Shown: positions 37,044 to 46,743 of the stretch, one piece after another
Layout of the letters: each line of letters starts with the position of its first letter
How positions within the stretch are numbered: the first letter of the stretch is position 1
Source of the DNA: Candidatus Curtissbacteria bacterium RIFCSPLOWO2_12_FULL_41_16
GTDB lineage: Bacteria > Patescibacteriota > Microgenomatia > Curtissbacterales > GWA2-41-24
NCBI GenBank assembly: GCA_001776545.1
Contig: MFBZ01000022.1
Span: 14,065 to 78,064 of the forward strand
Direction: 5' to 3'
DNA length: 64,000 nucleotides
Notes under the pieces: generated by a model
Seen by the model: the letters and a program-made list of their open reading frames with translations, nothing else
What the model was told of the DNA's origin: nothing
Databases searched by the model: none
Position numbers and translations under genes: made by a program

Positions 37044-38889
37044 AATGGAAGAGTTTTCTTTAAAGATAGAGAAGATTGCCGGTGTTGCCAGTGAACATTC
37101 GGCTTGCGGTGTTTTTAATAAGAAAGTAACTCTTGCCGATGGTACCTTGGGGACGGTTGTTAGCTGTATTTTGGTGAAGTGTGAAGAAGAAGAGGATGCG
37201 CAGGTTGTTCTTCGAGACATCTTCGAGCTGATCACCACTAAATTGGAAGGAGCGGAAGGAAGTATTCTGGCGGCTGTTTGCAAAGTTAGCGAGGCGATGC
37301 AAGAGCTGGTTTTAGGGAGGAAACTTGAGGTTAGTTTTATCGACACTTTTTTCTATGAGAATGTTTGTTATATTGCAAAGTTCGGTGACGGTGTCAGGAT
37401 TTTGGTTTTTGAGACACCCCGCTTTTCTGAAATTAAATTTGAGGCCGGTTCGGGGCCGATTGCGGCGGGGCAGATTTATTTAATTGCAACCGACGCATTT
37501 CTTTCTATTTTTGATTCTTCAGTTTTGACAGATAATCAAAATATCGATCTTGAGGGGATTATCGATGGTTTGGCAACTAAGATTTCCGTGGAGGATAATC
37601 AGAGCGAGACAGGAGCAGCCTTTGTTTATGTGAGGGGTGAAGAGTTGGATGGTGTAAAAGAGACAGGGGGTACAAAGGGAACAGAGGGTATTTTGCAGAT
37701 TGAGGATACTAGGGAAATTAGGGAAGAAGAAATGGTTGAGGCTCGTGAGGAGCAAAAAGTCGAATCGCCTTCTAAATTTAAAAATCCTCTGCCTGGATTT
37801 TTCAAAATAATTTTTGGGGGGCTTTCCAAGCTGCAAAGAGGTGATATCAGGGCGGTTCTTGCGTTACGCAGAAATATCGTGGTTTTTGCCCTTGTTATCC
37901 TTTTAATTTTGGTGATTTCTGTTGGCTGGACTTTGGTTCAAAAATCCCGGAGAGAAAAAATTGCTGAGTTTGAGGCTCATCTTGCGACCGCCTCTTCTAA
38001 GTACCAGGAAGGGGTGGCCATTGCAGAGCTTAACAAAGTTCGAGCAAGGGAAATATTAATTGCGGCAGATCATGAAGCTGGTCTGGCACTGGGAATTTTG
38101 AATGACGAGAAGGCTAAAAAACTGGTTAGTGAGATTTCTGCCAAATTAAAGGAGACAGAGACGACCAGTAATGTTAATTTTGAGGTTATTAGTGAAGTTG
38201 CCAGTCCATTAATCGGGCTTGCAATTTCCGGCAAAAATTTAATCGGCATTTCGGACGATAAAATATTTGAAGTTGAGACGGGCGAGAAAAAGATTCGCGA
38301 AATTAAGAGTTCGGGCAATACAAAAGGCGGTTTTGTTTATGATGAGAGAGTATTTATTTTGACTGACGATAAAGTTTACAGAGTCGATTTAGCAGGTGAA
38401 TCAAAAAAGATTATTGAAGCCGCGGGTTATCATGACATCTCAGTTTTTCTAGGGAATGTCTATCTTCTTTCCGGTGAGCAGATCGCCAAGTTCGTGCCAC
38501 TTGAAGGAGGTGACTTTTGGCCGACAGATTATTTAAATGCGAAAGAAGATTTTGGCATTAAAGGGCGATTTGCCATTGATGGATCGGTTTGGGTGACAGC
38601 CCGGGATAAAATCTTTAAATTCACGAGAGGCGTCAGGCAAAACTTTGAAATTTCCGGCTTAACAAGTAAAGTGGGAGAGTTTGGAGTAATTTACACAAGT
38701 AGTCAGCTGGATAACTTGTATGTAATTGACAGCGTAAATTCAGCCCTTTTGGTTATTGGCAAGGATGGAATTTATAAGCGTGTTTATCAATCTGGTGAGT
38801 TTGCAAGGACAGCGGACATTGTTGTTAACCCTGGCGAGAAGACAATGTATCTAGTTTCCGCGAACAAAATATTAATGGGCAAGCTTTAA
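37030..38889 (+). CDS. Hypothetical protein with one central TM helix (619 aa)
   Basis: The N-terminal ~280 aa are cytoplasmic and possibly PP2C/SpoIIE-like (weak). One TM helix (VVFALVILLILVISVGW). The C-terminal ~320 aa are beta-rich. Confidence 0.4.
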   Translation: MEFFKMEEFSLKIEKIAGVASEHSACGVFNKKVTLADGTLGTVVSCILVKCEEEEDAQVVLRDIFELITTKLEGAEGSILAAVCKVSEAMQELVLGRKLEVSFIDTFFYENVCYIAKFGDGVRILVFETPRFSEIKFEAGSGPIAAGQIYLIATDAFLSIFDSSVLTDNQNIDLEGIIDGLATKISVEDNQSETGAAFVYVRGEELDGVKETGGTKGTEGILQIEDTREIREEEMVEAREEQKVESPSKFKNPLPGFFKIIFGGLSKLQRGDIRAVLALRRNIVVFALVILLILVISVGWTLVQKSRREKIAEFEAHLATASSKYQEGVAIAELNKVRAREILIAADHEAGLALGILNDEKAKKLVSEISAKLKETETTSNVNFEVISEVASPLIGLAISGKNLIGISDDKIFEVETGEKKIREIKSSGNTKGGFVYDERVFILTDDKVYRVDLAGESKKIIEAAGYHDISVFLGNVYLLSGEQIAKFVPLEGGDFWPTDYLNAKEDFGIKGRFAIDGSVWVTARDKIFKFTRGVRQNFEISGLTSKVGEFGVIYTSSQLDNLYVIDSVNSALLVIGKDGIYKRVYQSGEFARTADIVVNPGEKTMYLVSANKILMGKL

Positions 38890-38905
38890 ACCCATCTTTT
38901 GCTTC

Positions 38906-39355
38906 ATGAAGATATTCAACAAAAGAGCCCGTTATAAATACCAAATTCTGGAGAAGGTTGAGGCAGGTGTTGTTTTGACAGGGGCTGAGATTAAATCGAT
39001 AAGGGCAGGACGGGTTGATCTTTCGCAGTCTTTCGGGCGGATTGGCGATGGCGAGGTTTTCTTGGTTAATGCCTATATCAATCCCTGGATGGGGTCGGAG
39101 AGGTTTACTAACGAGAGACGTTCGCGTAAACTCCTGCTTCATAAAAAGCAGATTTTGGCATGGCAGGGGAAAATGGCAGGAGGCAGATTGACGCTGGTTC
39201 CCCTTTCAATTTATATCAAGGGGAATCTGGCTAAAGTTGAGCTGGCACTGGCCAAGAGTAGGGCAAAATTTGACAGACGAGCGGTTTTGAAGATGGAAGC
39301 TATCGAAAGGGATGTCGAGCGGGAGCTTAGGGGTGATAAGTCGGGGGGTTTTTGA
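38906..39355 (+). CDS. smpB: SsrA-binding protein SmpB
   Basis: 149 aa with the typical SmpB N-terminus (KYQILEKVEAGVVLTGAEIKSIRAG) and a basic C-terminal tail. Confidence 0.85.
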   Translation: MKIFNKRARYKYQILEKVEAGVVLTGAEIKSIRAGRVDLSQSFGRIGDGEVFLVNAYINPWMGSERFTNERRSRKLLLHKKQILAWQGKMAGGRLTLVPLSIYIKGNLAKVELALAKSRAKFDRRAVLKMEAIERDVERELRGDKSGGF

Positions 39356-40814
39356 CAAAAATGATAGCTTGATTGTCTTGGTAAACTATTTGCCAATCGG
39401 GCTTTAATTTTAGAACTGCTATCAATGGAAAACTTGGTGGTAAAAAAACAGCGTCGATTTGATACCTTTCAATTTTTTCTTCCCAATCTGGCGCAGCCTG
39501 AATTAAGTTGAGGTATTCGAGGACGAAAGAGCGGCCATTGATGATGAAATTATCCATAGCTCCCCAGTAGAAAACCTTGCGATTTTGGTTTTGGAAAATC
39601 ATAAAATTGCCCCAGTTGGCGTCGTTTAGGATTCGTTTTTCTGGTAAGTTTTTTTCAAGATACAAATTGGCCCTATAAGGCCATGGCCCATAAAATTTGA
39701 TGGTGGACTTGGTTGCCAAAAAGCGACTGTAGTTTTCAGGTGATAAGTAGGCTTGATTTATTTCGAGCAAATTTTTGGCTGCAGTCAAAAATAAGACTGT
39801 GAAGAGGGCAAAGACAGCAAAACGAACTGAAATTGAATTTAATATTTGACTTGCCAATTTTCCCTTAAATTCGAGATAAAGCTGATTGGCAATTGGGACC
39901 AGAAAGACAAACAGTGCAATCGTAAAACGAGATGTGATAAGAGATAAAAGTGAAAAAAGTAAGAGGAAAAACTTTTGCAAAGAGCCGATTTTTGTTTTAA
40001 AGAAGAAAAGAAAAAAGATTATGGCAAAGACTATCACTGCTAGAATCCAGCCGGTTCCCCCAGGTGTAATCAGAGGTTGCCAATCTAAATTGATGCTTGA
40101 GAGGTAAAGATAAGAATTTGAGGTCATAGTGATGGCTTGTAGCCAAGCGCTTAAAAAGTATGGATTGATTAAAGTAGCTAAGATGGAAAGCGTTGATACA
40201 GATAAAAGTGTCCTGGTTTTTTTAAACTGACGTTTTTTATCCTGCGCAAACACTTGCGAGGCAACTATAAGAGCCAAGAGGGTCACTATTCCTAAAATGA
40301 AAGAGCCATGGAAGTTGACCCAAAGAAAAAAGACAAGCGGCATTGCCCAAATAATTTTAGAATTCTGTTTTTGAAATTTGAGGAATAAGAAATAGGTTAT
40401 GGAGAGATAAAGAAGGCCAAAAACTCTCATCCTGCCGCCGGCAATAGTACTTGCCAATAGGACTGCCAATATTAAAAGAGGGTAGCTTACTTTGTTATCT
40501 GATAAAATTTGGGTTATTTTATAAATGAAAAAAAGACAAATAGTTAAGATCAATGAAAATAAGATACTAACCCCATAAAGTCCGAGTAATTTGTAACTTG
40601 CAAAAACTAATATTTCGCCTGCCCATGAGTGATATACGTATGGGTAATTAGATTGGGAGAATGAGAACAAATCTTTTTTGGGGATCGTCTGAGTGTTGAT
40701 GATGTATTCACCAACTCTTAAGTGCCAGCCAAAATCGGTGTCGGTGATGACTTGGAGAGAGAGGAAGAAGATGAAGACGAATGTCAAAAAAAGCAGGAAA
40801 GTTTTCTTGGTCAC
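39327..40814 (-). CDS. GT-C-fold membrane glycosyltransferase-like protein
   Basis: 495 aa with about 12 TM helices in the N-terminal two-thirds and a soluble C-terminal domain. The N-terminal DFGWHL motif suggests a PMT/ArnT/YfhO-like superfamily member. Confidence 0.4.
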   Translation of the reverse strand: MTKKTFLLFLTFVFIFFLSLQVITDTDFGWHLRVGEYIINTQTIPKKDLFSFSQSNYPYVYHSWAGEILVFASYKLLGLYGVSILFSLILTICLFFIYKITQILSDNKVSYPLLILAVLLASTIAGGRMRVFGLLYLSITYFLFLKFQKQNSKIIWAMPLVFFLWVNFHGSFILGIVTLLALIVASQVFAQDKKRQFKKTRTLLSVSTLSILATLINPYFLSAWLQAITMTSNSYLYLSSINLDWQPLITPGGTGWILAVIVFAIIFFLFFFKTKIGSLQKFFLLLFSLLSLITSRFTIALFVFLVPIANQLYLEFKGKLASQILNSISVRFAVFALFTVLFLTAAKNLLEINQAYLSPENYSRFLATKSTIKFYGPWPYRANLYLEKNLPEKRILNDANWGNFMIFQNQNRKVFYWGAMDNFIINGRSFVLEYLNLIQAAPDWEEKIERYQIDAVFLPPSFPLIAVLKLKPDWQIVYQDNQAIIFVKNPPTYHP

Positions 40815-40861
40815 TAAATACAGATTATAAACTTAATGTAACACTTGAGCGGAGGAGAATG

Positions 40862-41259
40862 TGGAGATGGAGGGTTTTGAGCCCTCGTCCAAGATTACAA
40901 ATAAAAAACATCTACAAGCATAGTCCAAGCTAAAAGCTAGTCCGCCTGTGGCGGAAATCTTTAAAGTCTCGTTTGAATTTTTAGCCGATTGACGAGCGAA
41001 ACTCAAACAAAGATCGATAGCTTCGATTTTTAATCTGATCAGAATTAAGAATCTACTCCCGGCTGAGTTTGTGCCCCAATGGCTTCACCGAGAAAAAGCC
41101 AAAGAGACAGGTTCTTAAGCTTTATGCAAAAGCCAAAGCTGGTCGAACCGGTGCGACATCTCTGTCTGCACTTAATTTTGATTCAAAGTTTAACGCACTT
41201 TAGAATCGTGTTCGGCTTGCAGTTTTTAAAGTGCAATCCTGTCGAAACGATACATCCCC
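40862..41259 (-). ncRNA. ssrA: tmRNA (transfer-messenger RNA)
   Basis: The minus strand reads 5' GGGGATGTATCGTTTCGACAGGATTGCAC... at the 5' end and ...GGACGAGGGCTCAAAACCCTCCATCTCCA at the 3' end. The acceptor stem GGGGATG pairs with CATCTCC, with one G-U pair. A T-arm (GAGGG/CCCTC) and the conserved UUCGAC(A/G)GG 5' motif are present. The internal tag-like frame reads GCA CCG GTT CGA CCA GCT TTG GCT TTT GCA TAA, giving APVRPALAFA*. smpB lies 1.5 kb away. CCA is not encoded. Confidence 0.75.
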
Positions 41260-41417
41260 TCGTCGAAGCAAGGCTTTGCTTCGACGACCTTAGACCTTCG
41301 GTCTTTGGTCTAGCGCAAGCCTGCTTCTCCTCTCAAAAATTCTGACGAATTTTTGGAAGACTAGAAGGAATTTTAGCAGAAATTAGCTTCAAAATCAAGC
41401 GGCGATGTAATATAAAT

Positions 41418-42134
41418 GTGATGGTCAATTTGCTCTTTGATTTTCTTTTCCCCAAACGCTGTGTTTCCTGCGGAAAGTTTGGCGCCTACATTTGTAAGGG
41501 TTGTTTTTCAAAAATTGAATATATCGAAAAGCCAGTTTGTTCAGTTTGCCAAAGACAGGCAATAGGCGGCAAGACTCATCCGGGATGTCGGAGCCGGTAT
41601 GGCCTTGATGGTTTGGTGGTGGCTTGTCGGTATCGAGGGCCGGTTAAGCGGGCAATTACCAAAGTTAAGTACAAATGGATCTATGATATTGAGAAAATCT
41701 TTGTGGATTTGACAGCAGACAATCTTTGGCGTTTTGATCTTCCGTCTGATCTGACAATAGTACCAGTACCTCTGCATTCAAAAAGAAAGCGATGGAGGGG
41801 TTTTAACCAAAGCGAGATTTTGGCCAAGTCTTTGGCCAAAAAGTTTGGGGTAGACTTGCGAGATGTTCTCATAAGAACTAGGGAAACCAAGAGTCAAGTT
41901 GGACTCAAAAGAGACGAGAGAAAAGAGAATGTCAAAGGGGCTTTTAGTCTCAACGCTATCCAAACCCGGTTTGGAATAGCTTCACAAACCGGGTTTGTTA
42001 GGAGTGTGGAAGGCAAAAACTTTATGCTTGTCGATGATGTCTATACCAGCGGCGCAACCATGGCGGAATGTTGTCGGGTTCTTAAAAAAGCAGGGGCAAG
42101 GCAAGTTTGGGGACTGACAGTGGCTTTGGGTTAG
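41418..42134 (+). CDS. ComF-family phosphoribosyltransferase (competence protein ComFC-like)
   Basis: 238 aa with two N-terminal CxxC pairs and a C-terminal PRTase motif (LVDDVYTSGATM). Confidence 0.75.
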   Translation: MMVNLLFDFLFPKRCVSCGKFGAYICKGCFSKIEYIEKPVCSVCQRQAIGGKTHPGCRSRYGLDGLVVACRYRGPVKRAITKVKYKWIYDIEKIFVDLTADNLWRFDLPSDLTIVPVPLHSKRKRWRGFNQSEILAKSLAKKFGVDLRDVLIRTRETKSQVGLKRDERKENVKGAFSLNAIQTRFGIASQTGFVRSVEGKNFMLVDDVYTSGATMAECCRVLKKAGARQVWGLTVALG

Positions 42135-42517
42135 GCTTTCAAAACATCAATGTCATATTGCCAAATCTTTTGGTCACTTGTAATTAGGGTTAAACTTTCG
42201 ATCTGAGATTGAGAAATTAACAATCTGTCGAATGGGTCTGCGTGGTAGTGAGGCAATTTTTGTATACCCAAGACGTGCGTCATTTGTATTGGTAATATAA
42301 TAAATCCGGATTGTTTTATTCCTTTTTCAAGAGTTATTGAAGTTTTTAATTTACCTTTCGCTCTTTTTATTACTATTTCCCAGATAGTGGCGGCGGATAA
42401 AATTATTGTGTTTTTAGGATTTTTGAGGATGTTGAATAAGTTTTTATCGAGTCTTTTTTTGTTTTCCATCCACCATATGAAGATATGGGTGTCCAACAAA
42501 AAGCCTTTGCTACTCAC
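42131..42517 (-). CDS. vapC: PIN-domain toxin VapC
   Basis: 128 aa with an LLDTHIFIW N-terminus and the acidic residues of a PIN fold. Its start overlaps the antitoxin stop. Confidence 0.7.
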   Translation of the reverse strand: MSSKGFLLDTHIFIWWMENKKRLDKNLFNILKNPKNTIILSAATIWEIVIKRAKGKLKTSITLEKGIKQSGFIILPIQMTHVLGIQKLPHYHADPFDRLLISQSQIESLTLITSDQKIWQYDIDVLKA

Positions 42518-42743
42518 CGTAAAATAGCTTGTTTATTTCTGGGTCTTCTTCATCAAAATCATCAGAAACCCAAATCTTCCCTTTCCATAAGCCTGGCTTG
42601 CGCGGCTTGAGTTCTTCTTTGTAGGGAGTGAGTTTGACGACGGGTTTGCCGGCTTTGGCAATTATAACCTCTTCGCCTTTTTGTGTCTTTTCTATAAGTT
42701 TTGAAAGATTGGTTTTTGCTTGGTGAATATTAAATATTTGCAT
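42510..42743 (-). CDS. Phd/YefM-family antitoxin
   Basis: Start trimmed to MQIFNIHQAKTNLSKLIE..., the typical Phd/YefM N-terminus. The gene is 8 bp into the VapC ORF. The longer 115-aa ORF would run into the tRNA region. Confidence 0.65.
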   Translation of the reverse strand: MQIFNIHQAKTNLSKLIEKTQKGEEVIIAKAGKPVVKLTPYKEELKPRKPGLWKGKIWVSDDFDEEDPEINKLFYGE

Positions 42744-42831
42744 ATTAACTCCCTTAGCTAACTTAGCTAAGTATAACTTATAAACGTAGCTTTCGTCAAG
42801 ACTTGATTTTTGGTAAAATGTGTTGTTGCTT

Positions 42832-42915
42832 GGAGGGTGGGCCGGACGGCAAGGCACAAGTTTGCTAAACTTGCTGGGCGAAAGTCCAGAGTGGGTTCGA
42901 CTCCCACACCCTCCG
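42832..42915 (+). tRNA. tRNA-Ser (anticodon GCT)
   Basis: Hand-folded cloverleaf: acceptor GGAGGGT/ACCCTCC, anticodon stem CAAGT/ACTTG with loop TTGCTAA, a long variable arm, T-arm GTGGG-TTCGACT-CCCAC and discriminator G. Confidence 0.8.
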
Positions 42916-42923
42916 CTTGATTA

Positions 42924-43010
42924 GGTGGGGTGCGAGAGTGGATTAATCGGATTGTCTTGAAAACAATTGTGGCAGCAATGTCACCGTGGGTTCGAATCCC
43001 ACCCCCACCG
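42924..43010 (+). tRNA. tRNA-Ser (anticodon TGA)
   Basis: Acceptor GGTGGGG/CCCCACC, anticodon stem ATTGT/ACAAT with loop CTTGAAA, an 18-nt variable arm and T-arm GTGGG-TTCGAAT-CCCAC. Confidence 0.8.
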
Positions 43011-43228
43011 CCGAAACCCTTGGGTTGCTCCAAGTCCCATCCACTATGGTCAATTAGCCTATTGGGGCTTGCCAAAAATTCGCAGAAAAGCTTCAGTGTC
43101 CCAGTTATAGCCTGTAATGTTTAAAATCGCCCAAAATGCCCTAAAGGTAATCGCCCACGGTTCTAAGCTTTTGTCGAAAAACAGCCAAAACTAGCAATTT
43201 TTTGTTGAAAAGAGGCTTATTGAAGAAG

Positions 43229-44548
43229 TTATTGGATATTAAGTTGGCGGTCGATTAGCTTGAACCTTGAATTAACACCTTTGAGGATTTTGATGCGTTC
43301 TTCCGGGCTTCCAAACTGTAGTATGTGTAGTAAATAATCTCTCAACATATCAGTTTGTGTTTGGGTATATTCCATCTTGATTTGTGATCCAGCATTATTG
43401 TGAGGCGTCATTTCAAATCTTGATGATTGGTCAGACATCACTGCAAATTTGAGATTCTGTAATCTCTTAATTTCAATCTTGAATTCCTGCATGAGATATG
43501 AGGTATTCAGTCTTATTTCGGGAAGATAGCCGATTAGTTGTTTTATCAATTCTTGCTCGGTAATGTATGGCTCAGGACAATCATACTTTTTGATCCTGTT
43601 GCAATGGTAGTAAATATGGGAGTTTACGATATTTGCTCTTGTCCTCCTGTATTTAATCTCAGCAGTGACACTGCCGCCGCAGCTTCCGCAGATACATATT
43701 TTCTTAAAAGGGAATAATTGTTTATTCCATTGCCTCGGTGCGACCTGAAGCTGTATTTGCACCTTTTCAAAAGTCTGTTTTGATATTAGCGGTGGGTGAG
43801 TACCCTTATACCAGGTGTCCCCATACTTAAACTCACCGTAGTAAAAGGGGTTTTGCAGAACAAAGTATACTTTGCTAAGCGCCAGTCTGCAGCCGTTTTT
43901 GGTTGTAAATTTAACGTCATCAAGCCATTTTTTAACCATCCTGCCGGAAAATCCTTTGTATGCAACCTTGTAAAACATTTCCTTCACAACTGGTGCCCGT
44001 TCAGGATCAAGTTCTACTATTGATATCCGGTTTTCTTTAAGAATATTTTTGTAACCAATTGGTGCTACTCCTGGCCGAATGCCAATCTCGCACTTATTTC
44101 TAAGCCCCCGTTTTACATTTACTCCCCGGTTGTCGTTTTCTAGTTTGGCCTGAGAGCAGAGAATCATAAGTAGAAATTTCTCGTTTGGGTTATTACTAAA
44201 TGTTTGTGAGTAGGTTTTAATTTGAACCAGTTTCTCTTGATCCATCAAATCAACAATTTTTCCCAAATCTCCGGCATTTCTGCTTAAGCGGTCTGGTGCC
44301 CAAGTTATAATGCCGCTAAGTTCACCTTGCTCGATATCAATTAGGAGTTGGTTGAATACTGGCCTTTGCCCGGAGAGTTTTGCCGAATGGCTTTCTTCTC
44401 TAATTTCCTTAATATGTAAGCCTTCTCGGTTAGCCAAAGTCTGCATTTCCTTTATTTGAGAATCGATGCTCATTGCTTGTCTTTCATCAGATTCAGAAGA
44501 TTTGCGGGCATAGAGGCAATAGTTTATCTTTGGGCTTTGACTATCCAT
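43229..44548 (-). CDS. Large serine recombinase (resolvase N-terminal domain + recombinase domain + zinc ribbon)
   Basis: YARKSSESDERQAMSIDSQ catalytic-serine motif at the N-terminus. About 440 aa with a C-terminal Cys cluster (CICGSCGG...CNRIKKYDC). It lies directly downstream of a tRNA-Ser pair. Start trimmed to MDSQ. Confidence 0.8.
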   Translation of the reverse strand: MDSQSPKINYCLYARKSSESDERQAMSIDSQIKEMQTLANREGLHIKEIREESHSAKLSGQRPVFNQLLIDIEQGELSGIITWAPDRLSRNAGDLGKIVDLMDQEKLVQIKTYSQTFSNNPNEKFLLMILCSQAKLENDNRGVNVKRGLRNKCEIGIRPGVAPIGYKNILKENRISIVELDPERAPVVKEMFYKVAYKGFSGRMVKKWLDDVKFTTKNGCRLALSKVYFVLQNPFYYGEFKYGDTWYKGTHPPLISKQTFEKVQIQLQVAPRQWNKQLFPFKKICICGSCGGSVTAEIKYRRTRANIVNSHIYYHCNRIKKYDCPEPYITEQELIKQLIGYLPEIRLNTSYLMQEFKIEIKRLQNLKFAVMSDQSSRFEMTPHNNAGSQIKMEYTQTQTDMLRDYLLHILQFGSPEERIKILKGVNSRFKLIDRQLNIQ

Positions 44549-44721
44549 ATTCAGGGGTACAGAGTACCGCAATAAACATGGAAGTCTAGCTAGGGGAACT
44601 ACTATGGCCAATTGCGAAAGCCTCTCCTCTCGATAATCAAGCCTCTGTTTAGTATAATTCTGGCTCTAATATATGCTTGGCAAATAGATATTTAAAATCC
44701 GTTGATTGTTAAGGAGATTGA

Positions 44722-46023
44722 ATGCATAATGAAGTTGACATGCCTGGTCAAGGACAAAAAGAGATTCAGCTAGATGAGAATCAAAGAGAATTATCTCAAC
44801 GAGTTTTTCAAAGGGCAAGGCAATTAATACAAAAATTCGGAGAAGACTCTACTTGGGGTGAAAGTTTACCAAAAGAAGTAGTTTATCTAGATGTTGAAGA
44901 TTCTGGAGATAGACGAGGCAAAAATAGAATAGTGATTTGGGGAGATGGTGAAGGTGACAAAGTAATCATTTTTTACAATAAAACTTATTCGAAGGGTGTT
45001 TACTTAAATAATCAAGTTACTCTAAAGGACGGTGAGGTAGTAAGACATAATGCCGATATTGAAGATTGGCATGGCGACTCTCCAATTATTAATCCCCCGT
45101 GGCAAGAGCCACCTACACCTGAGATGGTAAAAGTCATGGGCTCCCGTTTTCACCCAGCAGAGTATTCTCACGGTTCACTTAACCTTTCTGAGATTGATAG
45201 ATTTTTATCAGAGGGTAAAGTGGTCTCGAATCCGAAAAAGGATCGAATAGTTGAAGAAGCTATAAAAAGATTAAGTGAGGTTGAGAAAGAAAGAGTGTTT
45301 GGCAAACCCCAAGATGCTGCCCAAAAAGCGAGAGATATATGGTCGGAAGAAGCGATTTTAAGAGATTTAGAAAGAATTAAAAGTTTACCAGAGGAAGAAC
45401 AAAGAGATGTTGAAGAAAGATTAGCCTTATCTTACGTAGAAGCTGCTTTTAAAGAGCTTTCCGCTATAAATTCCCTTGCCAACGACACTCCTGAAGCCGA
45501 AACAAGGCAAAGAATTTTGGATGAAGCAAGAGAGGCAATCAGACGAGAGAAGAAGTTTCATGTCCTAGCGAAGCAGCTTTCTAGAACTGTTTCCGGTGAA
45601 CCGATTGATTGGTCAAAGATCAAGCTTAGAGAGTTTGGCCGGATGTACGAGAGGCATGAGACTTCAGAGTATTGGCAACTTGCAAGACTCGTTTATAAAA
45701 AAGTAATCCAGCTTTCCGAAAAAGATGGCGATACAGCTATTCAAGCTGCGGCTACAATGGAGCTTGCAAGAGTGTTAGAAAAGTTGGGTAGTGACATTAC
45801 TGAAGTCGATAGACTTTATCAGTCTGCGCATCAACTTAATTGGGCTTCAAGAGGTGATAGAAACTACAATAGGCAGGTAACCATTGAAGGTAATATCTTA
45901 AGAAGAAATTTGAAAAAAGGGGATGTTGGTGGTACTTTAAACTCAGCTAAAAGTTTAGGCTGGATGCTGCTTCACGACCCCAAGCAGGCAATCGTACTAG
46001 GTAAGAAGGTTTTAGGTGGTTAA
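44722..46023 (+). CDS. Hypothetical protein (433 aa), island cargo
   Basis: No recognisable motif; charged and helical. A TPR-like gene follows 4 nt later. Confidence 0.4.
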   Translation: MHNEVDMPGQGQKEIQLDENQRELSQRVFQRARQLIQKFGEDSTWGESLPKEVVYLDVEDSGDRRGKNRIVIWGDGEGDKVIIFYNKTYSKGVYLNNQVTLKDGEVVRHNADIEDWHGDSPIINPPWQEPPTPEMVKVMGSRFHPAEYSHGSLNLSEIDRFLSEGKVVSNPKKDRIVEEAIKRLSEVEKERVFGKPQDAAQKARDIWSEEAILRDLERIKSLPEEEQRDVEERLALSYVEAAFKELSAINSLANDTPEAETRQRILDEAREAIRREKKFHVLAKQLSRTVSGEPIDWSKIKLREFGRMYERHETSEYWQLARLVYKKVIQLSEKDGDTAIQAAATMELARVLEKLGSDITEVDRLYQSAHQLNWASRGDRNYNRQVTIEGNILRRNLKKGDVGGTLNSAKSLGWMLLHDPKQAIVLGKKVLGG

Positions 46024-46026
46024 TTT

Positions 46027-46722
46027 ATGAGTGAACAAAAACTTAGTGCAAAAGAACACCACAGGCAAGCAGAAGAGTTAAGGGAAAGCGACAGACATCT
46101 GGAAGCTTTAAAGGAGCTAGATCAAGCTGTCGTTCTATACCAGGAAGATAAAGACTATCAAGGTATTTGTGAAGCATTGCAAAGTAGAGTGCTAACTTTT
46201 AAGCATCTTTATTTTCTTTCAAAAGATACAGCCTTTGCGATAATTGCCCAAAAGGAGGCGGAGGCAAGTCTTGAGGTTGCCCAGCAACATAGTGTTGGCA
46301 ATAAATTGGGGTCTTGTTACTTTAGACTCGGAGAAATTGCAATGATCTTTGACAACTTTCCTCAAGCAATTGATTGGTATCAAAAGGCGCTTGAGGATTA
46401 TCAGGGTAGCCTTTCAGAAAAAGGTGACTATAGATATCATCTAGGTGAAGCACTATACAAAAATGGCCAAAAAGAAGAAGGCAAGAAAACAATTCTGGCA
46501 GGACTTGATGAGATACAAAGAGGTGCACCCGAAGTTGATCCTTTTTTAGTGCATGTTTGGGAATCAGGTCTTCATATGAAGCTAGCCGATCTTTTAAGAG
46601 ACGATGAGCCAGAAGAAGCAAGAAAGCATCTAGATGAAGCCAGGAAAATTGCTGATTCTGACCAAAGACTTATCATTCGCAGAAGACAGATTGAAGAGGT
46701 CGGGAAATCTTTTCGAAATTAG
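46027..46722 (+). CDS. TPR-repeat protein
   Basis: 231 aa with tetratricopeptide-like repeats (AIDWYQKALEDYQG..., YHLGEALYKNGQ...). Confidence 0.5.
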   Translation: MSEQKLSAKEHHRQAEELRESDRHLEALKELDQAVVLYQEDKDYQGICEALQSRVLTFKHLYFLSKDTAFAIIAQKEAEASLEVAQQHSVGNKLGSCYFRLGEIAMIFDNFPQAIDWYQKALEDYQGSLSEKGDYRYHLGEALYKNGQKEEGKKTILAGLDEIQRGAPEVDPFLVHVWESGLHMKLADLLRDDEPEEARKHLDEARKIADSDQRLIIRRRQIEEVGKSFRN

Positions 46723-46743
46723 CTTGTTATTTTCCTAATAATT

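Noticed and set aside
40870-40900. Plus-strand hairpin GAGGG-TTTTGAG-CCCTC, initially considered a plus-strand tRNA T-arm
   Set aside because: Loop positions 56 and 58 do not fit on the plus strand. The minus-strand reading gives a proper tmRNA 3' end paired with a canonical tmRNA 5' end at 41259.
41140-41215. Plus-strand frame ...ALNFDSKFNAL* considered as a tmRNA tag reading frame
   Set aside because: Once the gene was oriented on the minus strand, this became the antisense of the real tag region. The minus-strand frame APVRPALAFA* fits better.
42767-43075. 102-aa minus-strand ORF
   Set aside because: It overlaps both tRNA-Ser genes at 42832-43010. A tRNA sequence read as protein is spurious.
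46322-46621. 99-aa minus-strand ORF
   Set aside because: Antisense within the TPR gene 46027..46722.
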